The notes beneath the pieces were generated by a model. It was given only the letters and a program-made list of their open reading frames with translations, did not search any database and had not been told where the DNA came from. Positions 26,762 through 39,344 of a stretch of 64,000 bases of DNA are shown here, piece by piece. Numbering within the stretch: the first letter of the stretch is position 1; every line of letters starts with the position of its first letter. This DNA is from Octopus vulgaris. Taxonomy: Eukaryota. The position numbers were made by a program, and so were the translations under genes. The stretch is from positions 55,614,001-55,678,000 of the forward strand of contig OX597823.1 in assembly GCA_951406725.2 (NCBI GenBank). The letters are read 5' to 3'.

Positions 26762-27600
26762 TGCTTTTTTCCATCTTTACAGATCATTACCGTCTCTCTG
26801 AGTTTCTTGTCAATTCTGATATTCCGTCTTCGACCTTTCAGATGACTATTCATTTCTACAGCTGATACGCATTGTTTGAAATATAGGTGACAGATCGCTT
26901 TGTGAGATATGATCACTATGGACCGCAATATGTGTCTTCAGGCTCGAAATCGCCTTCCAAGCCATTTCACACGCTACACACGTTGGATCAGCCGTTCAAG
27001 GTGGAATGTCTTTTCATAGAGTTGATATTTCATGAGACTTCAGATGGTTGGTACATCAAGCTTTTGAATGGAGTACACAGTCACACGGTTCACACCTCCA
27101 ACGCTTTATGTTATTGGGATTCTTACGACAGCCCCTCCCAAAACCAGCGTTTTAAGCTTTCATACCAAGTCGACTTCCTTCAAAATTTTTGCAGCTTTCC
27201 CTTATACACTTCCTCTACTCAGCTCTTACTAGTTCTTCTCAGTTATTTACATTGATCTGCAGATCCTTCAGTTTGCCTTTTATGCAGTCTTTGTATCTCT
27301 TTTGTACTTTGTGCTGATAATGCTTTCCAGTGCATAGCTCACCGTAGAAAAGCTACTTCGGAATCCTATTATCTTCCATACGCAAAACATGGCTCACTCA
27401 ATCTGAGTAGAAATGATAAATGACTGGATGCTTGTGCATCCTGCCTTTACAAGGATTTATTCTGTGTCATGTATTTTAATTTACCCTTTCATGTTGAGTA
27501 TGTGTCTCAAACATTCTTGATGAAAGCGTTCAAGAAACTTGAGATGACTGGGGTATACTGTCCATGTTTTAGACAAGAAGCGTCGTTAGTACACACGACT
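26762..27600 (-). mobile_element. Decayed RTE (BovB-like) LINE 3' portion
   Basis: Minus-strand reading with frameshifts: TWTVYPSHLKFLERFHQECLRHILNMK, HVLRMEDNRIPK*LFYGEL, KRYKDCIKGKLKDLQIN. Confidence 0.8.
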
Positions 27601-27686
27601 TACATACATACATACATACATACATGCATACATTCGAAGACTACAGATTTAAGCCATCACTGGAACTCTAAAAATCTCTTTCACTC

Positions 27687-27724
<38 letters not shown>

Positions 27725-27725
<1 letters not shown>

Positions 27726-27880
27726 GGTCCCGGGTTGAGTCGGGGTTAACCACAGTAAATAAGGTACTCAATACATAGCAGAGTAAAGTAATTTATTTTA
27801 TAGAAGGAGCTTCTACAGGACTAGAACTGTTTCATTCAGATGAAATCTTCAGGAAGCTTGCTGTCAAAATAAGGTCTGGT
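27725..27880 (-). mobile_element. Putative Penelope-like pseudo-LTR fragment carrying a hammerhead
   Basis: Hammerhead, then AATAAA and ~70 nt ending in (TA)n; Penelope assignment inferred from this architecture. Confidence 0.55.
27808..27858 (-). ncRNA. Type I hammerhead ribozyme
   Basis: Minus strand: AGCUUC-CUGAAGA-uuucaucugaau-GAAA-CAG-uucuaguc-CUG-UA-GAAGCU; stems I and III are perfect, stem II has a U-U closing mismatch. Confidence 0.8.
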
Positions 27881-28213
27881 CAATGTATAAATACAAGAAT
27901 ATATATATATATTACAGCTACATATTAATATTGCTGTTGTTGCTATTGTCGTTGGCGTCGTTATTTCAAATCATGTCAACTCTAGACATCAATGACTGTG
28001 ATCAAAATACTTCCAGAAACTTTATCACAATCTACACAAATGCGCCCTTTCCCCTTTTATTTATCATTTTTAGACTGTACAATGCTATTTAAAGGAAATT
28101 TAGCAGTTATTTCTACTACGTCAAGTAACTACAAGAAGGTTCCATCGTTGGTTTAACTATTTATGCGATTAAATACATAGATGGACATCAGCTTTTCTCG
28201 TGGATAATATATT

Positions 28214-28440
28214 GATTTCAAATTTTGGTACAAGGCCAGCAATTTCAGGTAGAGGTGATGGTGATGGGAGGTAAGTCGATTACATCGATCCCAGTGCGTA
28301 ACTGGTTCTTCTTCCATCGACCCCGAAAGATGAAATTCAAAGTCGACCACAGTGAAACTTGAACTCAGAACATAAAGATGGACGAAATGCTGGTAAGTAT
28401 TTTGCCCGGCGCGCTAACGATTGTATCAGCTCACTGACTT
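28214..28440 (-). mobile_element. SINE family A, tail type 3
   Basis: Homology; flanked on both sides by ...taatatatt. Confidence 0.85.
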
Positions 28441-28460
28441 CCCTTGGGGGTTAATATATT

Positions 28461-28844
28461 CCTTTCTACTATGGGAACAAGGCTTGAAATATCGAGCAAG
28501 TGGCTCGGCCGATTACATTGGCCTTAGTACGCAACTGGTACTTAATTTATCGAAACCCCGAAAGGATGAAAGGTAAAGTCGACCTCGGCGGAATTTGAAC
28601 TCGGAACGTAGCGGCAGACGAAATACCTATTCCTTTACTACCCACAAGGGGATAAACAAGGACAGAGAAACGGATTAAGTCGATTACATCGACCCCAGTG
28701 CGTAACTAGTACTTAATTTATCGACCCCGAAAAGATGAAAGGCAAAGTCGACCTCGGCGGAATTTGAACTCAGAACGTAACGGCAGACGAAATACCGCTA
28801 CGCATTTCGCCTGGAGTGCTAACGTTTCTGCCAGCTGGCCACCT
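28461..28844 (-). mobile_element. Dimeric SINE family A (head-core-tail1-partial head-core-tail2)
   Basis: Two central domains; internal junction gacgaaatac|ctattccttt at ~28626. Confidence 0.88.
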
Positions 28845-28862
28845 TTCGTAGCTAATACATTC

Positions 28863-29257
28863 CTTTCTGCTCTAGGCACAAGGCCTGAAATTTTGCGGGA
28901 ATGGGGTCAGTCGATTAGATCGACCCTAGTACGCAAGTGGTACTTAATTTATCAACTCCCGAAAGGATGAAAAGCAAAGCCTCGGCGGAATTTGAACTCA
29001 GAACGTAAAGACAGACGAAATACCTATTTCTTTACTACCCACAATGGGCCAAACACAGAGAGGACAAACAAGGACAGACGAACGGATTAAGTCGATTATA
29101 TCGACCCCAGTGCGTAACTGGTACTTAATTTATAGACCCCGAAAGGATGAAAGGCAAAGTTGACCTCGGCGGAATTTGAACTCAGAACGTAGCGGCAGAC
29201 GAAATGCCGCTAAGCATTTCGCCCCGGAGTGCTAACGTTTTTGCTAGCTCTCTGCCT
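28863..29257 (-). mobile_element. Dimeric SINE family A, second copy
   Basis: Same architecture; flanked by ttcgtagctaata(c/t)att direct repeats. Confidence 0.88.
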
Positions 29258-29746
29258 TTCGTAGCTAATATATTGAACATCCTAATGCTGAATCATCATT
29301 TAGGTGAATAGAATTTGATTCCGATTTCTGTGTGAAATAGCTATCTACTGAAACTTTAAGTTATTAATTGCAATTCTACTGCAATATAAATGCCATTAAT
29401 ACTGTAAATTTTTAATAATGTAAACTTGTATTTATTTTTTTTTATATAAGATTTAAAACAATTTTTGTTCAAATATTTGCCTTAACATTATCGCATAACA
29501 CAAATATATAAAACACTTAAAGAAAATGTAAATTTTTTTCAAAAATGTAAATTTCCATTAGAATATCTAAATGATTTAACATTATATTAACAAGTTTATT
29601 AAATTCTTTATAGAATGCTATAAGTTCAAGCTTAATTGATAACAAATAATCGCAACAACAATAACAACAACAACGACGAGAACAACAACAACAACAGCAA
29701 CAATAATAAAATAATAATAATAATGATAATAATAATAATAATAATG

Positions 29747-30371
<625 letters not shown>

Positions 30372-30423
30372 AATAATAATAATAATAATAATAATAATGA
30401 TGATGATGATGATGATGATGATG

Positions 30424-30494
<71 letters not shown>

Positions 30495-30495
<1 letters not shown>

Positions 30496-31049
30496 GCCTG
30501 ATGGAGTACCAGACAGTGGCTCTCGTGGCTTCTGATCTTAACTGATTGGAAGTGTTATCATGGACAATGTTATGTCTTGGTATAAAAGATGGGCTACAGC
30601 AAATATTCTGCTCGATACCACAGATTTGCTGGTCAGTTGTTTGACCTTAACCAGTTGAGCATGTCCCTTGGTGGTTGACGATACGTGCATCTCTGATCAT
30701 CAGCAGGAGTAGTGGGGGAGCATTATTGCCATGTGTTGAAAGGAATTCTTTGGGCTTTGAATAATTCACCCTTGGAAATGTGGCTGTTTCGATCATCTTT
30801 AAACAACCCTTATTCAGGGCTATTCTGAGCGAGATGAGCTACTTGATCTGAAGGAAATTCTAACTGGACCCCACGTACAAGGTCATGCGATGTTTACCTT
30901 GATATGATATCACCATGTCGCGCACATGTGGTTGTGATGCATATACCTAGTGTAACCTTATCGGGCGGGTGGTTATGATGGGTGTACTGGACTTCGTATA
31001 TTTGTACCTTCAGTGTCACTATGATAGCATGCGTTGCTCACTCACTCAC

Positions 31050-31050
<1 letters not shown>
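30495..31050 (+). mobile_element. Non-coding interspersed element in (AAT)n, copy 2 (~555 bp)
   Basis: Diverged homolog of copy 1; no long ORF; (AAT)n on both sides. Confidence 0.75.
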
Positions 31051-31140
<90 letters not shown>

Positions 31141-32577
31141 TCCCTAGCAGTTCCAGTTGTTACTAATTCCCTAGCAGTTCCAGTTGTTACTTTCCCTAGC
31201 AGTTCCAGTTGTTACTTATAGCTACAATGTGTTGAACTGGAATATGAGTGAAGTAAAGAATATAGATAGAAAAATACGCAAGCTGCTGAGTTGTAATAGG
31301 ATGCACCACCCAAAGGCAGACGTAGATCGTCTTTACCTTCCCAGAGCCCAAGGAGGTCGAGGCCTGATCCAATTTGAACTAGCTTACAAAACAACCACAA
31401 TTGGACTGGCCAAATATCTCGAAATATCGAATGACTGGATGCTAAAGCTCGTGGAAAATCACGAGAGACGAAAGAAGCTTCATTCTATCATCAAGGAAAA
31501 CAAAAAATTTGCTATTGATCTCGTGCAGGATACCCAAACTGAACAACTCGAGGGAAGTACGGCAACTATTGTTGCAAAGAAGGTGAAAATGATGGCAATG
31601 AAAAAAGCGCACGAGCAATTGGCTGATAGGTGGGAGGAGAAACCTCTGCACGGCAAATATGTGACCCGCAGCAAACAAGCTGATGTTGACCAGAAGACAA
31701 ACCCATCAGTGGCTGCGGAGCTCAGGGTTAAAAGCAGAGAGCGAAGGTTTCATCCTGGCTGCTCAAGACCAAAGCCTATCAACCCGGAACTACCAGGCCA
31801 ATGTGATGAAAAATGGAGCAGACCCAAAATGCCGATTCTGCAACGACATGATTGAAACAGTGGATCACCTAATCTCTGGATGTAAAGTCTTAGCACCAGT
31901 GGAGTATAAATTAAGACATGACAGAGTTGGCCAATATCTCCACTGGCTAATAAGTCGGCATTACAATATCAAAACTGCCGACAAGTGGTATAATCACCAC
32001 CCTGAGGCTGTAACTGAAGGAGAAAATGTAACCATTCTGTGGGACTTTCCAGTACATACAGACCGAACCATCAAGGCCAATAAACCAGATATTGTTGTGA
32101 AAGACCAAAACAATAAAGTTTGCTTATTGATCGACATGAGCATCCCCTGTGATCATAATATCTCAGCGAAAGAGTTTGACAAGCTCAGAAAATATAAAGA
32201 CCTACTCATTGAAATTGAGAAAATGTGGCATCTCAAGGCGGTTACAATACCAGTGATCGTAGGAGCACTAGGAATGATCAAGAAGGGAACCGAAAATTAT
32301 ATGAGAATGATCCCTGGCTTACCATCCCTGCAAGAAGTGCAAAAGATTGTCTTAACTGGTACATCACACGTATTGAGAAGAGCATTGTCGATGTGAGAAC
32401 TGTTGCTGCTCATGCATTTTAATTTAACTTTAAAAAAAAAAAAAAAAAAAAAATGAACGAACTACTGAGTTTGGTTTAATGGCCTACCAATATACACTAT
32501 GAGTTTCTTTGCCCTAGGAGTCGGGAAGACACTCGGCAAGAAATGGAAGAAAATTTGAAAGAAGAAAAAAAAAAAAG
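31141..32577 (+). mobile_element. 5'-truncated Dong/R4-like RLE LINE inserted in (TAA)n
   Basis: RLYLPRAQGGRGL, LHGKY, AAQDQSL, CCHC knuckle CRFC-x8-H-x4-C, RHD, KPDIVV..LIDMSIP..K..KY, PVIVGALG; the 3'UTR ends in an A-run then (TAA)n. Confidence 0.92.
31193..32396 (+). pseudogene. RT thumb + zinc knuckle + restriction-like endonuclease, one frameshift
   Basis: ORFs 31184-31855 and 31683-32396 join through a +1 shift at ~31700 (DVDQK/THQWL). Confidence 0.88.
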
Positions 32578-32591
32578 TAATAATAATAATG

Positions 32592-32622
<31 letters not shown>

Positions 32623-32632
32623 TAATAATAAT

Positions 32633-32713
32633 ATGCATACAATGAGCTTCTCTGCCCTAGGTATACGGAAAACACCCTGCGAGAAATGGAAGAAAATTTG
32701 AAGTAAGAAGGAA

Positions 32714-32714
<1 letters not shown>
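32633..32714 (+). mobile_element. Diverged ~80-bp 3'-terminal stub of the same Dong-like family
   Basis: atgagcttctctgccctagg...gaaatggaagaaaatttgaa matches 32499-32560; (TAA)n on both sides. Confidence 0.85.
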
Positions 32715-32778
<64 letters not shown>

Positions 32779-33746
32779 TAACAATCGTTGACTAAATTAT
32801 AAATCGAGATTTTAAAAGAAAAACAAGAAAGAAAAAAACGAAATAGCTATAAATTCTTTTCTGACGTTGAAGAAACGTAAAAAGATTGCCGTGATGTTAA
32901 TAACAGTGATAGTGGCAGTATTAATAGCAGCAGTAGTATTAATGTTATCGTCACTTATAACAACAATACTCTTAATGTTGTGGACACTACTACTTCCGGT
33001 AATTAACTTATTAATTAAAACTGTAAGGGCGTGTTTCTCATACTACAATTGTACTATATAGTAAATCTATAATAGCAGGTTATGTATAAATCAGCATTGC
33101 ATGTAAAACTCCATACACCTAACACATGTAAACGAAAGTCTATACAGTCTGTCAATAAGTAGATAAAAGATTCTAAGTCTAACCGGTTTCTTTCTTATAT
33201 TCAATTATACATGCAGTCTAAGCCTATACATGTTCTACAGCAATAGATATTTGCTAGAGCACGGTTGTACTGCTATTTCTGGACATAGCTCAAGACTGCT
33301 ATGTCATATTTTATTGGTAGCAAGAAACGTGGTTGTTAGGAGAAAACAGCAATGTTTCCGTAACTAATGAAAAGAAAGCTCACGGGTCCATGTACTATCA
33401 GCATCTTATTTATGAACAGGAAGAGACTTACAGTAATTCTTATCTATAAAAGTGTTTCAGAAAACCCGCTCTTACCAACATAGATAAAGGGGCGCCTTAA
33501 GCAGTGTATACTGAGATATTCAATATTATTATATATCAACGCCCGGTGATATAATCAGTTAAACGATTTCTTTTACGCTGGCGTATTCACAGCCAAAGAG
33601 ATTGTAGGATTAAATAATCGACCTAACTTTACAAAAGATAGAAACCAACAACATAGTATATATGAATGGAAGGATAATTTGAAGTGTAGAATAAATATTC
33701 TAAATAACACAGCAAGTAAAATAAGCCAGCTGGCTGTGAATGATTC

Positions 33747-33980
33747 TATTTCTTTACTACCCACAAGGGGCCAAACACAGAGGGGACAAACAAGGACAGA
33801 CAAACGGATTAAGTCGATCACATCGATCCCAGTGCGTAACTGGTACTTAATTTATCGACCCCCGAAAGGATGAAAGGCAAGGTCGACCTCGGTGGAATTT
33901 GAACTCAGAACGTAACGGCAGACGAAATACGGCTACGCATTTCGCCCGGCGTGCTAACGTTTCTGCCAGCTCGCCGCCTT
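33747..33980 (-). mobile_element. SINE family A, full length, young
   Basis: 18-bp TSD gctggctgtgaa(t/g)gattc at 33729-33746 and 33981-33998. Confidence 0.95.
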
Positions 33981-34429
33981 GCTGGCTGTGAAGGATTCGT
34001 ACAGTAAACAATAGAACTGCATCCTGTATGATGACATAAACAATGAAGAAACACGACTGTAAATACTTAAGTACTAAAATAATAGCCGGTTTAAATAAAA
34101 AATTTTATTTTTAATAACAGAGAAAAACTATGTGTCCTTAACCTAAATCTCTGAAAACATACTATAGAAGTATTAGCGGTAACAGCTAATACTTAATGCC
34201 CGTTAAGGAAAATTTAGAAATATTTTGAAAACAAAGGTATGTAAATTATTATAGAAAATAAAGGACCGTTTCCGCAAAGCATAATGATATAAGAATGACT
34301 CGAGACTTGATTCATACAACTTCGTGAACTCTAAAACTCTGATATCACAATCTTCAAACTCAATGATTGTTGACATATGGGAAATGAATTGCCAAACCAT
34401 ATTTACTTTCAAAATTCATTTGAACTATT

Positions 34430-34890
34430 CCGACTATGTCTCTTTACTAGTAAGACGACAGTGATCTCCAAAGGAAAGAGTAACAGATAACCAGTTGTCT
34501 GGTAATAATTTATAAACTTCTCTCTAAAATATTATCCAAAGGGAAGTAAAAACAAATTAATTTCTGTAGAGCAGGTGTATGTAACAAATTTCGACAGGAA
34601 AAGTGACCAGTTTCTTTTTAACAATATGGTACTGGGTGATGAGAAAGTAAGCAAAAGGAAACTTTCGTATGCTTGATAGATTACAGAAAAGCTTTTGATT
34701 CAGTTCCACATCTAACTTATCCAAATACTGGAACTACATCAATTCAATGTGAAATAAAAATGAATTAGCAGATATTTCTTACGGTCGTTAACTACACCAT
34801 GACTAAAAGCCCCATTTTTTCACTAATATCTATTGCAATATTCCAAAGCGATAGTGTATCTGGTCTTCATTTCATCTTTTGTTTGTTGAG
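34430..34890 (+). mobile_element. Decayed RT remnant of an RLE-type LINE
   Basis: gattacagaaaagcttttgattcagttccacat = DYRKAFDSVPH (~34680); atattccaaagcgatagtgtatct = IFQSDSVS (GIFQGDSLS-like, ~34840). Confidence 0.65.
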
Positions 34891-35077
34891 CTAAACTGGC
34901 GAAAGAAAAAAGTAATTAATATCTAGTTATGTTCCTTTTAGTACAGCCGGAGTGAGTTTTCTTTTCACGTTTTCGGAGACGATAACTAAAGTTGTAGAGA
35001 CGTTGTGAAATTCACATATAATCATTTACTTCCCCTCTTCCACAATGTGTGACCTCGTTCCTATTTTAGGGATAAAC

Positions 35078-35279
35078 TTTGGAACAAGGCCAACAGCTTC
35101 GCGGTAGGCGGTTGTCGATTACATCGACAGTGATCAACTGATACTTATTTTAGCGACCCCGAAGGATTAACGGTAAAGTCGACTTCGACGACGGAATTGG
35201 AACTTAAAACATACGGACGGACAAAATACCGCTAAGCATTTTATCCGGTGTGCTAACGACTCTGCCAGCTCACTGCCTT
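35078..35279 (-). mobile_element. SINE family A, diverged
   Basis: Homology to family A head and core. Confidence 0.8.
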
Positions 35280-35511
35280 ATCTTAGAAATAATATTATCA
35301 TGGACAGTACATAGCATTATTTCGTTGTCTTCATTTACACTCTGAGTTTAAATCCCATTGTAGTTGAATTAAACATTCATTTTCTGAATACGCTGTGGGA
35401 TCACATAACAGCAGTTCAGAATTGACATTGACAAAATTGACTGAATTCCTTCGTCTCAAATGTACGTCTCTATAGGAATATATTAAGTGCGAGAGGTGTA
35501 TAATCATATCT

Positions 35512-35720
35512 TTTTTATCGTCTAGTTGATCCAAACATTAGACTGCGGCCATGTTGGAGTATCGCATCGAGGAATGAATCGAGACTAGTACTTGTTTTAT
35601 TTTTGCTTATTTTCATACCTGGTACATATCCTGTCTCTTTTGCCGAACCTCTAAGTAACGAGGCCGTTTGATTGACAGGTGGTGGTGGTGCGATAACCAC
35701 AAACACACACATGCACACAC
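35512..35720 (-). mobile_element. SINE family B tail fragment
   Basis: gactgcggccatgttggag...gtctcttttgccgaacctctaagt. Confidence 0.65.
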
Positions 35721-35815
35721 ACACACACACACATACATGTGCGTGTTTGTGTGTGTATGTGGATGTGTGCGTAACTATATACATATATATAAATTTATAT
35801 AAATAACTAATTTTA

Positions 35816-35846
<31 letters not shown>

Positions 35847-36016
35847 GCCACTACACATTCTTTATTTTCTCTCGTTGTTTCTTTCTGTATACCTGGAAGA
35901 GCGTAGGTTCGAAACGTTAAAGACTTTTTCACTTCCCGAGCGTTAAACTAATACATCTATTTGTTGTCTACACCACCTGTCTTCGTCTTTTGTTGTTTTT
36001 TTTTGTGAATTCTCCC

Positions 36017-36102
<86 letters not shown>

Positions 36103-36176
36103 TACATACATATATATATATATATACATAGATATACATATACATAAATATACATATACATATATATATATATATC

Positions 36177-36224
<48 letters not shown>

Positions 36225-36973
36225 CAGGTGCGGTCACTAAACTGTCGTCTAAATTACGCAAAACTGAAAATAACACTGACATCTCATTTTAATAGATATA
36301 TTTACTAACATTAAATAAAAAAATATCTTGAAACATTAATGAGTAAATTAATTCAATAAAATTGCCATTGGCTTCAACCACGGTCTCCTTGTTTAAGTTG
36401 GTGTTACATAGTGTTACAAAGTGTTTTGTTGGTCTCCCACTCAACTGCACCCCACACATAATAATCAAGGTAGTTGTAGTGTGGTGAGTTAGGTGGCCAG
36501 ATGTTTAGGGGTGATGTGATCGCAGAAATTGTTTGACAGCCATGACTAGATTCTCCTGCTTGTGTTTCATGATGCAGAGTTCTGTTGGCAGACACGGCGT
36601 GTTTCAGCAGTCACCCTCTGGACCCTGTGCAGCACGACCGCCTCCAGGTACCTGATGTAGGCCTCCTCCGTGTTGAGTCTGAGGCCGTGTGGGAAGATGA
36701 ATGGAGGCACAACGTCGCCATCACACGTGATCACCCCATACTGCATGATGTTAGCTGGATATTTGATTTTTATCGCTTTCGGTATATGTTTGTATAGGAG
36801 CTTCCGGCGCGAATGCCAAGTATTTCGTCGTTTCCAAATTTCTATCAGAGTGAATTGCGTCATGGTGCCTAACCGACCTCACTATACTGTGTAGTCGATG
36901 AAATCAAAAACAACCAATGCACATGTGTGAAATAAAAAATATTATATGGCGACAATCTGCCAATCGCACCCTG
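36225..36973 (-). mobile_element. Internally deleted maT-type Tc1/mariner element
   Basis: Imperfect TIRs ta|caggtgcggtcactaaactgtcg and cgacaatctgccaatcgcaccctg|ta; KYPANIMQYGVITCDGDVVPPFIF and WPPNSPHYNYLDYYVWGAVE. Confidence 0.85.
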
Positions 36974-37805
36974 TATATATATATATATATATATATATAT
37001 CATATACATACACATATATACATATACATACTTGTGTGTGAGTGTGCATGAGTGTGTATGTGTGTGTGTGTGTGATCAATATTAAAAAGTATAAATGAAA
37101 CTGTAAGTGGTAAAATCGATAGACCAAAGAACTAAAATACCTTGTGAAAGTTTAGTTACTTAGCGTTAAGTTCTCAGCATTTCAAATCTTGCCGAAGTTT
37201 ACACTACCCTTGAGCATTCTCGGGGGCGAATAAACTAAAGTACCAGTCAAGTCTTAGAAGTCACTTCCATTCCTTATACAAAAGCTCCGCATCCTACGTC
37301 TTCATCTGAAACACGTGCGTATCCTTGTGGTGATACATGAAATCAATATTGTTAATGACAGTTGTAAAAAATACAATTTTTATTTTCATAAAAATGTAAA
37401 TGGCTCAATATAACATCTCTCATAATAATTACTCTAATGAGAAATTTTTTTATTTTATCATGAATGTGTATGATATTGGACTTCTACCAACCTGAGGTGA
37501 GAATCAATATAAATGCAGGTTATGGAGAAGTTATTCAATGTTGGTGAGAACCAAGTAACTATTGTGTACAGATCTGAATGCTATTGTCGTATTCTACTTG
37601 AAAGGTTTCTGCACAAAACTCAGATATCAGATACAATATAATAGATTAAGGTATAATTAATGAATATTAATACAGATTCTTACATTTTTGTTTCGAATTT
37701 AAATTTATTTTGTTTTTGTTTTTGAAGTACATATAATTTAAAATTCTTTAAAAAATACTTTGCTTTAAGGCATTCATTGGAAGTGTTTCTAATTCATATA
37801 TTTGT

Positions 37806-37859
<54 letters not shown>

Positions 37860-37952
37860 TTTCTCTAGTAAATGTTATTTATACATATATGTATATACAC
37901 ATGCGTACGCGCGCGCACATACAAGAATATCAAGTAAGAGACTGAATGGGTG

Positions 37953-37983
<31 letters not shown>

Positions 37984-38101
37984 TTATCTATCTATTTATT
38001 TATATGGGTTTATGCATACATACATTCATACACACATACACACATATATACACATACATGCGTGTATATATGTATGTATATATGCATGTATATATATTAT
38101 C

Positions 38102-38590
38102 TTTCATTCATTACTTCTTTTATTCATCAAACTGAGACCATGCTGGGGCACCACCTATCATTCATTACTTCTTTTATTCATCAAACTGCGACCATGCTGG
38201 GGCACCACCTATACGGCTACGCATTTCGCCTGGCGTGCTAACGTTTCTGCCAGCTCGCCACCTGTCAGAATTTTAGTCGAGTGAATCGACCCCAGTGCTT
38301 TTGATTTTAAGCCTGGCACTTGTTTTATCGGTCTTTTGTGCCCAACTGCTATGTTACGGGAACCTAAATATGTCAACACTCGTTGTCAAGCGGCGGCAGG
38401 GGACAAACAGACACAAAGATACAGACACAGAGACACCACACAAACACACACACACACACACATATATGCGATGGGCTTTCAGTTTCCGTCTATCATATCC
38501 ATTGTAAAGGCTGTGGTCCGCCCAAGTTTCCACACAATCGGATTGAACATGGAGCCATGCTGTTGGGAAACAAACTGCTTACCATAAAGC
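38102..38590 (-). mobile_element. SINE family B with 54-bp tandem duplication and embedded family A head
   Basis: tcattcattacttcttttattcatcaaactg(a/c)gaccatgctggggcaccacc twice, then family A 5' end at ~38211-38263. Confidence 0.75.
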
Positions 38591-38634
38591 TGTATGGATA
38601 ACAATGTATCTATGTATATATATTCATTTATACA

Positions 38635-38665
<31 letters not shown>

Positions 38666-39344
38666 CATACATACATACATACATACATACATACATACGC
38701 ATATGTATATGTAGAACTGAATATAGAATATATATATTTTTTGTTTTTTTCTACTTTTTCTAGTAGCAAATTTAATTGCCTCTTGAACAAGCTTCTTCAT
38801 ATACATCAGTAGTAGCTTTCTCACTGGTAATGCTTTAACTGTATATTGCAAAAATGTAAGTCGTTTTTAACTAAATAAATTGCACTTCATATTCGAGGCT
38901 ACGATGAAGCTATAGGATGTTATTCAGACACTGAACTGAGCGTCCACAGTAGCAGAAACAGTTGTAAGCTAATGAAGTTCATAACATGACCACTGATTTT
39001 CCTGTGTCATCTCGTCTTCTGATACATACACACACACATACATACATTGAGCAAAAATGAACTAAGAGAAATAACTTGATGTAGCCAATGACACGAATTT
39101 CAACAAGAAAGACTAACAAAAGTATATTAAATACAGTAGAAGAAAAATTCTTGTTTCATTGAAATATTCTTCGCTTCGTGAGAAGGTAAACTAACGTCTT
39201 GCATCGACTGGTGGCAATAGCGAACTACTTCTTCTCCCCGTCCAATTAGCTATGCCACTGCTTCGAGCAACATAGTGGAAAAGTGAAAAATATTTGATGT
39301 CATCGGGCGCTTTGGTGAAGTTAATGCACGTAGCAATATAGAAT

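Noticed and set aside
33900-33980. SINE heads as functional tRNA genes
   Set aside because: A and B boxes are present, but there is no cloverleaf and they continue into SINE body and tail with TSDs.
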